A stretch of DNA of 64,000 nt from Candidatus Actinomarina sp. (GTDB lineage: Bacteria; Actinomycetota; Acidimicrobiia; Actinomarinales; Actinomarinaceae): the NCBI GenBank assembly GCA_038142145.1, contig JAYQJM010000005.1, positions 252,733 to 316,732 of the forward strand, given 5' to 3'. The translations under genes were made by a program, and so were the position numbers. The number at the start of each line of letters is the position of its first letter. Within the stretch, counting starts at the first letter, position 1. The notes beneath the pieces are model-generated. The model did no database searches, was not told the origin of the DNA, and was given only the letters and a program-made list of their open reading frames with translations. Positions 10,382 to 18,969 of this stretch are shown piece after piece.

Positions 10382-11203
10382 ATGAATTTAGAAATAAAAG
10401 ATTTTGAAGAGATAGGTTATTTCATAGAAGATGATTTGGTTGAAGTCGTTAATGCTGCATTATTTTTGAATAAACCAATTTTAATCGAGGGACCAGCAGG
10501 TACTGGAAAAACTTTTTTAGCAAAGTCATTATCAAAATTATTGAAGTTGAATTTAATTCGTCTCCAATGTCATGAAGGTATCGATGAAGAAAAAGCGTTA
10601 TATGAGTGGAACTACAAAAAGCAATTGCTTTCAATTCAACAAAATAAAAATGAGAATGATTTATTTTCTAGGGAATTTCTCATTGAAAGACCTATCTTCA
10701 GATCTTTAAATTCAAATGAAAATTCTGTCTTTTTAATAGATGAAGTAGATAGAGCAGATGAAGAGTTTGAAGCTTTACTTTTAGAAATATTAGCTGAAAA
10801 TCAAATAACTATACCTGAATTAGGAACGTTTAAAGCAGTAAGTCAGACACTTCCAATTTTAACTTCTAATGGTACACGAGAGTTATCAGAAGCTCTGAGA
10901 AGAAGGTGTTTATATTATTATCTTGATTATCCAAATTTAGAAATAGAAAAAAAAGTTCTTATGAGCAACATTGCTAATCTCAAAGAAGAGGATGCTGTAA
11001 GATATTCAAAGTTTAGTGCTTTTTTAAGAACCTTAGGTTTAGGTAAACCTCCATCATTGATTGAAGTAGTAGAGTGGGTTAAATTTAATTTCTCAAACAA
11101 AGAACATAGTCTTACTAAAAACCTTGGTATTTTATTAAAAGACAGAGAAGATCAGCAGCTATATTTAGATAAAATTAAAGATCAAAATGAACTTACAAGT
11201 TGA
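10382..11203 (+). CDS. MoxR-like AAA+ ATPase (AAA_5 / CoxD-CbbQ-like, 273 aa)
   Basis: Walker A GPAGTGKT, Walker B VFLIDEVDRA, sensor/arginine region RRRC; translationally coupled to downstream VWA gene. Confidence 0.75.
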   Translation: MNLEIKDFEEIGYFIEDDLVEVVNAALFLNKPILIEGPAGTGKTFLAKSLSKLLKLNLIRLQCHEGIDEEKALYEWNYKKQLLSIQQNKNENDLFSREFLIERPIFRSLNSNENSVFLIDEVDRADEEFEALLLEILAENQITIPELGTFKAVSQTLPILTSNGTRELSEALRRRCLYYYLDYPNLEIEKKVLMSNIANLKEEDAVRYSKFSAFLRTLGLGKPPSLIEVVEWVKFNFSNKEHSLTKNLGILLKDREDQQLYLDKIKDQNELTS

Positions 11204-12536
11204 TGAAATAATTGAATTTTCTCAATATTGCAAAACAAAGAACTTTAATTTAATACCAACAAGAATTAGTTCAGTTATTTCTTTGAATAGTTCAAAAAAA
11301 TCAACAGTTCAAAAAGACTTACAAATGATGTATCTATTACTACCTATCTCAAAAGAGGAGAAAGAAAAATTAAAAGTACTTATCGAAAGCTATTTCAAAA
11401 TTAACTTAGATCATGATACTTATAATTCAGTTAATTTAAATGAATATTTAGATAATGACTTAGATAAGTTTTTTGATGAAGATAGTGAAAATAACATTGC
11501 CGAATTATCAGAATCAATAATAGAATCATTTGGCGAAATCGACTTTAGTAGACCAGTTTCTAATAATTATTGGCTTTCACAACTTCGAAACAGCGAAAGT
11601 TATAAAAATATGATTTTGCAATTTAATTTAAACTTTGCCAGTAAATTAGATGAAATAATTAATGATCAAAATTTAAATGATTTTCAATCGAAACTTGATA
11701 AAAATTTACTAGAAATGATTACAGAATTAAGAAATCAATACAAAGATGCATATTTGCCATCTGAACTAAACAGCAAAGAAGATTTAGAAGAAAAAGATTT
11801 TTTATATACAGATAATGATGAAAGAAACAAATTACTCAAAGCTACAAAGGTTCTTGGAGCTCTATTTGCTAATCGATTTATAAGACATATTAAAAACTCA
11901 AATAAAGGAAATTTAAATTTTAGAAGAACAATTAGAAAATCACTAAAACATGGTGGAATTTTATTAGATATTATCAAAAAGCCAAAACTAAGAAAGAAAC
12001 CAAGGCTAGTTCTTTTTTGCGATATTAGTGGGTCTATGGCTCTCTACTCTTTATTTGGTCTAACACTTTTATATGGAATTGTTCAAAAGTTTAGCAGTGT
12101 GAAATGTTTTGTATTCATAGATGGGGCAACTGATATAACTAGCAAAATTAAAAATCTTGGTAAAAACAATGTCCAAGAGATTCTAAATAGTTGGAATGAA
12201 TTTGTATTTAGTGATGGTCATTCAGACTATAGTAAAAGTTTTGAAATGCTGGTTAATGATAAAAGTATATCAACTGCAAATTCAAACACTTTAATTGTAA
12301 TTGGTGATGCTAGAAATAATTACAGGACTATTGACCAAGATTTAATCAATCGAATTTCAAATAAATTTAATAATATCTATTGGATGAATCCGGAGAGGAA
12401 ACAATATTGGAATACAGGGGATAGTCAGTTTTTTAAATTTGAAGAAATAATTACAAAATATGATGAGGTTAGAAATTTAAATCAATTAAATAGATTCATC
12501 AATAAAATTAAATTTAATAAGGTTTTGAAATCATGA
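11187..12536 (+). CDS. von Willebrand factor A domain protein (CoxE-like partner of the MoxR ATPase)
   Basis: MIDAS motif LVLFCDISGSMA (DxSxS) in C-terminal half; acidic coiled N-terminal half; overlaps upstream AAA gene by 17 nt and downstream nadD by 4 nt. Confidence 0.7.
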   Translation: MNLQVDEIIEFSQYCKTKNFNLIPTRISSVISLNSSKKSTVQKDLQMMYLLLPISKEEKEKLKVLIESYFKINLDHDTYNSVNLNEYLDNDLDKFFDEDSENNIAELSESIIESFGEIDFSRPVSNNYWLSQLRNSESYKNMILQFNLNFASKLDEIINDQNLNDFQSKLDKNLLEMITELRNQYKDAYLPSELNSKEDLEEKDFLYTDNDERNKLLKATKVLGALFANRFIRHIKNSNKGNLNFRRTIRKSLKHGGILLDIIKKPKLRKKPRLVLFCDISGSMALYSLFGLTLLYGIVQKFSSVKCFVFIDGATDITSKIKNLGKNNVQEILNSWNEFVFSDGHSDYSKSFEMLVNDKSISTANSNTLIVIGDARNNYRTIDQDLINRISNKFNNIYWMNPERKQYWNTGDSQFFKFEEIITKYDEVRNLNQLNRFINKIKFNKVLKS

Positions 12537-13096
12537 AAATTGGAATCCTAGGGGGTACATTTGATCCTCCACATTTTGCTCACAAAGAAATTGCTGTAAG
12601 AGCTAAAAATCAGTTTGGCCTCAGTAAGGTTATTTTTATTCCAACTGGTAATCCCTGGCAAAAATCTCCAATATCAAATAGTGAACATAGATATAATATG
12701 ACCAATCTATTGATTGAAGATACTAATGAGTTTGAAGTAAGCAGAATAGAATTAGACAGCAGTAGAGAAACCTACACAATTGACACCCTAAAAGAATTAA
12801 ATTATGACTCCGAGAATTTATTTTTTATTTTAGGTGCTGATACTGCTTTAGGTATAAAGTCTTGGAAATCTTTTTTAGAGTTAGGTAATTTATGTCAATT
12901 TTTAATTGCTCCAAGGCATGGTGTTGATAATAATAAATTGGGTAAAGAGTTTCCTTTTGATTATTTAGAGATTGCTGGCTCAGAACTTGATATTAGTTCA
13001 ACTAATGTTAGAGAACTTTTAATTGATGGTGAAAATTTAAATAAAAAAATACCAACAAATATTCTGGAATACATTCAAACTCATAATCTTTATTAA
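12533..13096 (+). CDS. nadD: Nicotinate-nucleotide adenylyltransferase
   Basis: GILGGTFDPPHFAH (HxGH-type nucleotidyltransferase), 187 aa. Confidence 0.88.
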   Translation: MKIGILGGTFDPPHFAHKEIAVRAKNQFGLSKVIFIPTGNPWQKSPISNSEHRYNMTNLLIEDTNEFEVSRIELDSSRETYTIDTLKELNYDSENLFFILGADTALGIKSWKSFLELGNLCQFLIAPRHGVDNNKLGKEFPFDYLEIAGSELDISSTNVRELLIDGENLNKKIPTNILEYIQTHNLY

Positions 13097-14550
13097 GGTT
13101 TCCAAGTTTTTTTATATAGCAAAATTGCAATAGGAAAAATTTCTAATCTACCAATCACCATTAACATGCTTAGAATCCCTTTACTAACAGGATCTAAGAA
13201 AAAATAATTATTTGTAGGACCAAGTTCTTTTAAACCAGGACCAATATTATTAATTGCTGATGCGACAGAACTAAGAATTGCTTCAAAAGATAGAGGAATG
13301 TTTGCTATATTAGTTGAGATACTTATAGAAAATGTCCCAAGAACAAATATAGCTACAAATAAAATGAAAAAAGTTTGGACAGATTCTATCATTTTTTCAG
13401 GAAGAATGGATTTAGACATTCTAATTTTAAATATTGCATTTGGATAAAAAATCTTTCTAATTTCATTTCTAACAGATTTTAATAATGCAATAACACGTAT
13501 AGTTTTGATGCCTCCTGCTGTAGAACCTGCCATGCCTCCCAAAAACATTAATCCTAAAATAAATGATCTATAGTCAACATTCCACATTTCATAATCCAAA
13601 TTCGTATATCCAGTTGTTGTGATAATTGTAAGGGCACTAAAAAAAGCATTGTTTATAGCTTCTGAAATAGTTGAACTTAGTTGGTAGGTTTTTGGTAGAA
13701 AGATAATAGAAGTAGAAGCAACTATAGAAAGGTAAAACTTGAACTCAGTACTTTTGTAAAATTCTGATATTGTCCCAGTTCTTATCGATTTAAGAAGCAA
13801 TGTAAACGAAGTACCAGCTAAAAACATAAATATATTGAAAATTAATATTGTTGATACTGGCTGACCAGTTATAGATGAGTTAAATGTACTGAACCCACCT
13901 GTTGATAGAGTTGTTAGAGCGTGGTTAAATGAATCAAAAAATGACATTCCTGAAATTAATAACAATATGGTTTGAAGACTTGTTAGTGAAAAATAGACGA
14001 TCCACAAAAGCCGAGCAGTATCTTGAAACCTAGGAGTTAACCTATCAGCAGAAGGTCCTGGAGATTCTGCTTTAAATAGATTAATTCCACCAGAACCCAA
14101 CAAAGGTAATACTGTAATTGTTAAAACAATAACTCCCATCCCTCCAATCCACTGAGTTGTAGATCTCCACATTAAGAGTGATTTATCTACAGCTTCAATA
14201 TTTACTAAAATTGAAGAACCTGTAGTTGTTAACCCTGAAACTGTTTCAAAAAAAATGTCAACATAACTTAGATTTATACCAGACAATATGTAAGGAATAG
14301 TTCCAAAAAAAGACATAAAAAACCAAGACAAGCCTACTGCTCCAAAACCCTGAATTGTACTTAATTGTCTATCAGGTGTTGATATTTTTTTTAATATGAA
14401 TGAAAGAATTAAAGTTAATAATAAAAGTACAATTAGTGAGATTCCAAAATCGTTGTTTTGGTAAATAAATGCAGTAATTATCGATGGAATTGTAGCCAAA
14501 GCTAACACTGGCAACAATCCACTTGTTATGAATATAAGAACTCTAAACAT
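13093..14550 (-). CDS. trkH: Trk/Ktr-type potassium transporter membrane subunit TrkH
   Basis: 485 aa polytopic; repeated selectivity-filter-like GGFSTFNSS / TTTGSS / TTTGYT segments typical of TrkH/KtrB. Confidence 0.8.
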   Translation of the reverse strand: MFRVLIFITSGLLPVLALATIPSIITAFIYQNNDFGISLIVLLLLTLILSFILKKISTPDRQLSTIQGFGAVGLSWFFMSFFGTIPYILSGINLSYVDIFFETVSGLTTTGSSILVNIEAVDKSLLMWRSTTQWIGGMGVIVLTITVLPLLGSGGINLFKAESPGPSADRLTPRFQDTARLLWIVYFSLTSLQTILLLISGMSFFDSFNHALTTLSTGGFSTFNSSITGQPVSTILIFNIFMFLAGTSFTLLLKSIRTGTISEFYKSTEFKFYLSIVASTSIIFLPKTYQLSSTISEAINNAFFSALTIITTTGYTNLDYEMWNVDYRSFILGLMFLGGMAGSTAGGIKTIRVIALLKSVRNEIRKIFYPNAIFKIRMSKSILPEKMIESVQTFFILFVAIFVLGTFSISISTNIANIPLSFEAILSSVASAINNIGPGLKELGPTNNYFFLDPVSKGILSMLMVIGRLEIFPIAILLYKKTWKP

Positions 14551-14556
14551 TAATTT

Positions 14557-15888
14557 TTAGCAAAATATTTCTTCAATTTTTTCTATTGATTCAGGCAATG
14601 TAAAAACAACCAACCTGTCTTTACTGGCAAATTTCCACGTACCAGAGGGTATAAATGTATTTTCTCTTCTTGTTACACCAGCAATTAAACAGTTTGTTGG
14701 AAGGTCTAAATCGTTAAGTGATTTATCAAGATATTCACAATTTTCAGAAAGAAGTATTTCTAGTGCTTCAACCTCTGAGTCTTCAAATGTTAGAGCTGAT
14801 TTAACTTGATCTGATCTTACATCTTGAAGAATTGCATTAGCTGCAGTTATTCTGGTTGAAATCGTTGCTTGAATAGCTGTTTCTTTTAAAAGTTCTAGAT
14901 AATCTATTTTGTTTACACGAGTAATAATTTCTGGAGCTCCGAGTGCTTTTCCAACAAGCGAACAAACTATGTTCTTGGAATCATCTTTACTTAAAGCTAC
15001 TAAAGCTGTATGTTCATCTAAGCCAATATTTTCTAGATTTGTAGGATCTTTTGGATCATTATTAACAACAATTACATGAGAGTTATTTTCAGCTATTCGA
15101 TTACAATCTTTTTCATTATCATCAATTACTACTATTTCGTAGTCTTTATAAAGCCTCTCAGCAAGCAGTTCTGAAGATCTTGAAGCACCTACAATTATAA
15201 CTTTTTTGATTTTTTCCTTTATTTCAACTCCTATTAATGAAGAAGCAGTTTGCGCATCTCCTGATTTAACTATTATCTTTACATGATCACCAACCTCTAA
15301 TTTTGAATCACCATTAGCAATTGAAGAAACTCCTTCTCTTACATAAGCTGTAACTAACCAGTTTTCTCTTCCACCAAACTCATGAATATTTGATAACTTG
15401 TCTTTTATTAATGGAGAGTCTTCAGTAATTACACCACCTACAGATAAAATTCTTCCGTTTCCGAACTCATGAATATCATAAATTCCAGCTCTGTCTAGAA
15501 GTTTTTGAATTTCATCACAGGCATTTATGGAAGGATCAATAATTTGATCAATATTTAAATCATCAAATTCATTTTTTAGTGAACTATCTTGAACTCTTGC
15601 AAAAGACTTTTTTGTGCCCATGTTTTTGGCAAGGTAACAAGATAACATATTTACATTCTCATCATTTGTAACTGCAATTATAAGATCTGCATTTTCTGCG
15701 CCTGCTTGTGTTAATGATGAAGGACTACCGCCATTTCCTTTTATAACCAAGGCATCTAAGGAATTTGTTAAATATTCAACTCTTTTTGGGTCTTCTTCGA
15801 CTACGGTAATATCATGTTGTTCACTAGATAGCTTATTAGCTAAGAAACTGCCAACTTCACCAGCTCCAATGATGATTATTTTTTTCAA
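14557..15888 (-). CDS. trkA: Trk system NAD-binding regulatory subunit TrkA (tandem RCK: two Rossmann TrkA-N plus two TrkA-C)
   Basis: MKKIIIIGAGEVGSFLA and second VIIVGASRSSELLA Rossmann motifs; 443 aa; adjacent to trkH. Confidence 0.85.
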   Translation of the reverse strand: MKKIIIIGAGEVGSFLANKLSSEQHDITVVEEDPKRVEYLTNSLDALVIKGNGGSPSSLTQAGAENADLIIAVTNDENVNMLSCYLAKNMGTKKSFARVQDSSLKNEFDDLNIDQIIDPSINACDEIQKLLDRAGIYDIHEFGNGRILSVGGVITEDSPLIKDKLSNIHEFGGRENWLVTAYVREGVSSIANGDSKLEVGDHVKIIVKSGDAQTASSLIGVEIKEKIKKVIIVGASRSSELLAERLYKDYEIVVIDDNEKDCNRIAENNSHVIVVNNDPKDPTNLENIGLDEHTALVALSKDDSKNIVCSLVGKALGAPEIITRVNKIDYLELLKETAIQATISTRITAANAILQDVRSDQVKSALTFEDSEVEALEILLSENCEYLDKSLNDLDLPTNCLIAGVTRRENTFIPSGTWKFASKDRLVVFTLPESIEKIEEIFC

Positions 15889-15943
15889 TACGTCCTCAAT
15901 CTAAGAATAGTGACTTTTGTGAAACATGGTAATATATTTATAA

Positions 15944-16300
15944 ATGTCAGAAAATAACGATATTACAGTGCCACATAATTTTCATTTAGACGCTGTTGTT
16001 GATACTTTACTATCTCAAAAATTCACAGATATACATGTAGTTGATACAAGTTATGATGAGTACCATGACAATGTAATAATCTGTACAGCGACTTCTTCAG
16101 TACAGATGAAATCAACTATTAAAAAAATTAAAGAAAAGCTATTAGTAGGAGATGAATTAATTTACGAAGGCGAAAACTCTAGCTGGCTACTACTAAGCGT
16201 TAAAGGCATTCTCGTTCAAATTTTTACTAAAGAATCACGGGATTATTACAATATAGAAGATATTTATTTTGATAGTAAAATAATATCTCGTTTTGCTTAA
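15944..16300 (+). CDS. rsfS: Ribosomal silencing factor RsfS (Iojap/DUF143)
   Basis: 118 aa; conserved ...DxxVICTATSxxQ...GxxxSxWxLLxxxGIxVxIF...SRDYYNIEDIY pattern; normally partnered with nadD. Confidence 0.8.
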   Translation: MSENNDITVPHNFHLDAVVDTLLSQKFTDIHVVDTSYDEYHDNVIICTATSSVQMKSTIKKIKEKLLVGDELIYEGENSSWLLLSVKGILVQIFTKESRDYYNIEDIYFDSKIISRFA

Positions 16301-16308
16301 GGATTAAA

Positions 16309-16360
16309 GGGGCTGTAGCTCAGCTGGCAGAGCGCCTGCATGGCATGCAGGAGGTCAGGG
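16309..16360 (+). tRNA. Truncated tRNA-Ala(GGC): 5-prime ~52 nt only (acceptor 5-prime strand, D-arm, anticodon arm, variable loop); T-arm and 3-prime acceptor strand missing
   Basis: GGGGCTGTAGCTCAGCTGGCAGAGCGCCTGCATGGCATGCAGGAGGTCAGGG folds as canonical D and anticodon arms with anticodon GGC; downstream aaatatttgattttt cannot form T-stem or pair with GGGGCTG. Confidence 0.75.
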
Positions 16361-17283
16361 AAATATTTGATTTTTATGAATTACCAAGGAATCGTTCTGG
16401 CACGGGTATTTTTGGATTTGACGAACAAGTTGTTTTTTGGATATCTGAAAGCCATAGGCTTTTAGGAACATTCAGAGAACCTGTCTTTTTTGTGTCCCTT
16501 GTATTTCCATTTTTTGTGTACTTAAATTACACAACTAAATTAAATTTTTCTTTCTATATAGTTTCCGGAATTGTTTTTGGATTAACTAAAAGTCAATTAG
16601 TTTTAATTTTGATAGTAATTTTTTTAGTTTTTGAAATTATAAATAAATCATTTAGTAAAAAACATATAATATTATTTACTGTTTTTTCAATATTTTTCTT
16701 AATTCAATTAAGGGAGTGCGATATAAGTCCTTACAACGTTGCATGTCCAGATGCTGAAAATAAAATTTCAGCTAAAAAGATAGATCCTATAAATAGTGAA
16801 ACTTTTCAAATCAACTTCACTGTTGAGATTGAAAATGATGCAGAAAAGGAGGATACATTAGATTTTTTACAAGCACAACTCTTTAATAGTTTCAATCTAG
16901 GATTTCAAAATGCTAATTCTGAATATACAAAATTTCTTTCTAAAAATGTGTTATCAAAAACTTATTATATAAATAGAACCTTACCCGAATATTTAAAAGT
17001 AAAATACTTGTCAGCTCCTTTTGGAACTGGAAGATATTCACTTACTTATGAAAATATCAATCTTCAAAATAATTTTTTATTTAATTTATTTTCTGTAGGA
17101 GTTTTATATATTGTTCTATTGTTAATGATATTAATAATTGCTTTTTCAAAAAGTTATAAGACAGGCCTTAAAGTTTTATTGTTTTTGATTGTTATTTCAT
17201 TAAGTGTTTATGAAGATTTGTTGCCTATATATGGTTTTTTTCTTGGTTCAATGTTTAAAATTAATAAAAATGAAAATAAATAA
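16345..17283 (+). CDS. Hypothetical membrane protein, probable N-terminally truncated Wzy/O-antigen-ligase-family paralog; its ATG lies inside the tRNA-Ala fragment
   Basis: 4 TM + Cys-containing loop (ECDISPYNVACP) + 2 TM; C-terminal NNFLFNLFSVGVLYIVLL resembles NNLYGNLYLSGGVIALVMFLL of the 57280-58656 Wzy-like protein; SGTGIFGFDEQ resembles SGGIGGFENID there. Confidence 0.4.
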   Translation: MQEVREIFDFYELPRNRSGTGIFGFDEQVVFWISESHRLLGTFREPVFFVSLVFPFFVYLNYTTKLNFSFYIVSGIVFGLTKSQLVLILIVIFLVFEIINKSFSKKHIILFTVFSIFFLIQLRECDISPYNVACPDAENKISAKKIDPINSETFQINFTVEIENDAEKEDTLDFLQAQLFNSFNLGFQNANSEYTKFLSKNVLSKTYYINRTLPEYLKVKYLSAPFGTGRYSLTYENINLQNNFLFNLFSVGVLYIVLLLMILIIAFSKSYKTGLKVLLFLIVISLSVYEDLLPIYGFFLGSMFKINKNENK

Positions 17284-18334
17284 TTTTTCTGCTGGTCCAT
17301 CTAAAATACCAAATGAAGTTATTAATACCATAAAAGGTAGTATCGAAAATTATAACAAATTAGGGTATTCAATTCTTGAAATTTCTCACAGAAGTTCTGA
17401 ATTTTTAGATATTGTAAATAATTCTAAAATTTTATTTTCTCAGCTTTTAAATATTCCAAGCAATTATGAAATCGTTTTTTTACAAGGAGGTGCAACTTTT
17501 CAAAATTCATTTCTACCTCTTAATTTTCCTAATTTAAACAAAGAAATAATTTTTTTGTTAACTGGTACTTGGGGAAAAAAAACATATGATGATTTTAATT
17601 TATTATTTGCTAATAATTTAAATAACATTACATACAACAATCATACTTCAAAACAGCTAACCAAAGAAATAAGCCTTACCAAACAGGATAAAATGTTTCT
17701 AACATCAAACGAAACAATTGATGGAATTCAATTAAGAAATTTTAACAGTTTCAATAAGCAACTATATATAGATATGTCGTCAGATATTTGTTCTTATAAA
17801 TTTTCTTGGGAAAATGTCGATTATGTATTTGCAGGAGCACAAAAAAATCTTGGTATACCTGGATTAACTATAATAATTTTTGATCCTAATAAATTAAATG
17901 TTCAAAACATTCCAAGTTATTTAAACCTACAAAATCATTTAGACAAAAACTCACTATTTAACACACCTCCAACTTTTTCAATCTATGTATTGTATGAGAT
18001 GCTTAACTGGATGAAAAATCTTGGAGGATTGGAGTATATTGAAAATTTAAACAGAGTAAAGTCTGAATCTGTATATGCATTTTTAGACAGTCATGAAGAC
18101 ATAATCCAAGTTCCTGTAAATGATGAATTTAGAAGTTTATCAAATATTATTTTTAATTTTAAAAATAAAGATTACGATAAAGCATTTCTTGAATTTGCAA
18201 AGGAAAATGGATTTATTGGACTTAATGGTCATCGAAGCGTTGGTGGCATAAGGGTAAGTAATTACAACAGCATTACAAAAAATATGATTGATGACTTATT
18301 GTCCCTATTAAATGATTTTATTTTTAAAAAATGA
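17270..18334 (+). CDS. serC: Phosphoserine aminotransferase (class V aminotransferase)
   Basis: NFSAGPSKIP...ISHRSSEF...FLQGGATFQ match SerC signature FSAGPA...SHRS...QGGA; start placed at internal ATG 17270 (MKINNFSAGP) rather than ORF-track 17204. Confidence 0.8.
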   Translation: MKINNFSAGPSKIPNEVINTIKGSIENYNKLGYSILEISHRSSEFLDIVNNSKILFSQLLNIPSNYEIVFLQGGATFQNSFLPLNFPNLNKEIIFLLTGTWGKKTYDDFNLLFANNLNNITYNNHTSKQLTKEISLTKQDKMFLTSNETIDGIQLRNFNSFNKQLYIDMSSDICSYKFSWENVDYVFAGAQKNLGIPGLTIIIFDPNKLNVQNIPSYLNLQNHLDKNSLFNTPPTFSIYVLYEMLNWMKNLGGLEYIENLNRVKSESVYAFLDSHEDIIQVPVNDEFRSLSNIIFNFKNKDYDKAFLEFAKENGFIGLNGHRSVGGIRVSNYNSITKNMIDDLLSLLNDFIFKK

Positions 18335-18969
18335 TAATAAATAAAGTTGAATCATTTGTTTTCAAAGATTATAAAGCAAAAGCATTTGTTGGTAAGTTAA
18401 ATTTATTTGATAATAAGAGTAAAATTTTTCCTCATGAGGAGACTCAAAATGAAAATAATATAACTTACAGTATATTAAAAAATCACCCGATAATTCTAGG
18501 AACTAAGATTTCAGCAAGAAATGAATCTATTGAGCTTGAGGGTAATTTAATTATTTTAGACGGTCATCATAGGTTTGAATATATTTTAAAAAATGAATTA
18601 GATGAAGTGTTTGATGTTATTTTTGTTGACTATGAAGATATTGAAGTGAGTTCACATAAATCAATTATTAATTGTTCAATAGAAGAGCTTAATAATTTTG
18701 TGTCAATTAATTATGCTGTAAACAAAAATAAGACAAGTAATTTTTTTTATGAAATTAATGGTGAGAATTTTTATTTAAACGAAATTAAAAGTATTAGTGA
18801 GTTGTACAATTTAAAGAAAGCTTTACAGGAAAGAAATTTGATTACTCCTTTAGGTAATAATATAAATAAACAAAATTGTATTTCATTCACACCTATTCCA
18901 AAAAAGGTGATTTTTTCGAAGACTTTATTTCCCTACAAGTCAACTTGGATCACACCTAGGTTTAATTAA
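18331..18969 (+). CDS. ParB/sulfiredoxin-fold domain protein of unknown function (DGHHR motif)
   Basis: Residues ~40-100: HPIILGTKISARNESIELEGNLIILDGHHRFEYI resemble the ParB N-terminal/Srx fold catalytic core; no HTH or partner parA. Confidence 0.45.
   Translation: MIINKVESFVFKDYKAKAFVGKLNLFDNKSKIFPHEETQNENNITYSILKNHPIILGTKISARNESIELEGNLIILDGHHRFEYILKNELDEVFDVIFVDYEDIEVSSHKSIINCSIEELNNFVSINYAVNKNKTSNFFYEINGENFYLNEIKSISELYNLKKALQERNLITPLGNNINKQNCISFTPIPKKVIFSKTLFPYKSTWITPRFN

Noticed and set aside
15889-15943. Riboswitch (e.g. c-di-AMP/ydaO class) upstream of trkA, as often found with K+ transporters
   Set aside because: Upstream spacer is only 55 nt and shared with rsfS. It is too short and AT-rich to hold a structured riboswitch aptamer.
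16309-16420. Possibility that the tRNA-Ala is intact but intron-containing or permuted
   Set aside because: Bacterial tRNA introns sit in the anticodon loop, not after the variable loop. No sequence able to pair with the 5-prime acceptor strand (..CAGCCCC) and no GTTCGA T-loop occurs within several hundred nt downstream or elsewhere in the window.
17204-17269. ORF-track N-terminal extension of serC (MFMKICCLYMVFFLVQCLKLIK)
   Set aside because: Not part of SerC homologues. The conserved N-terminus MKINNFSAGP begins at 17270. The extension only reflects the open frame overlapping the upstream gene.
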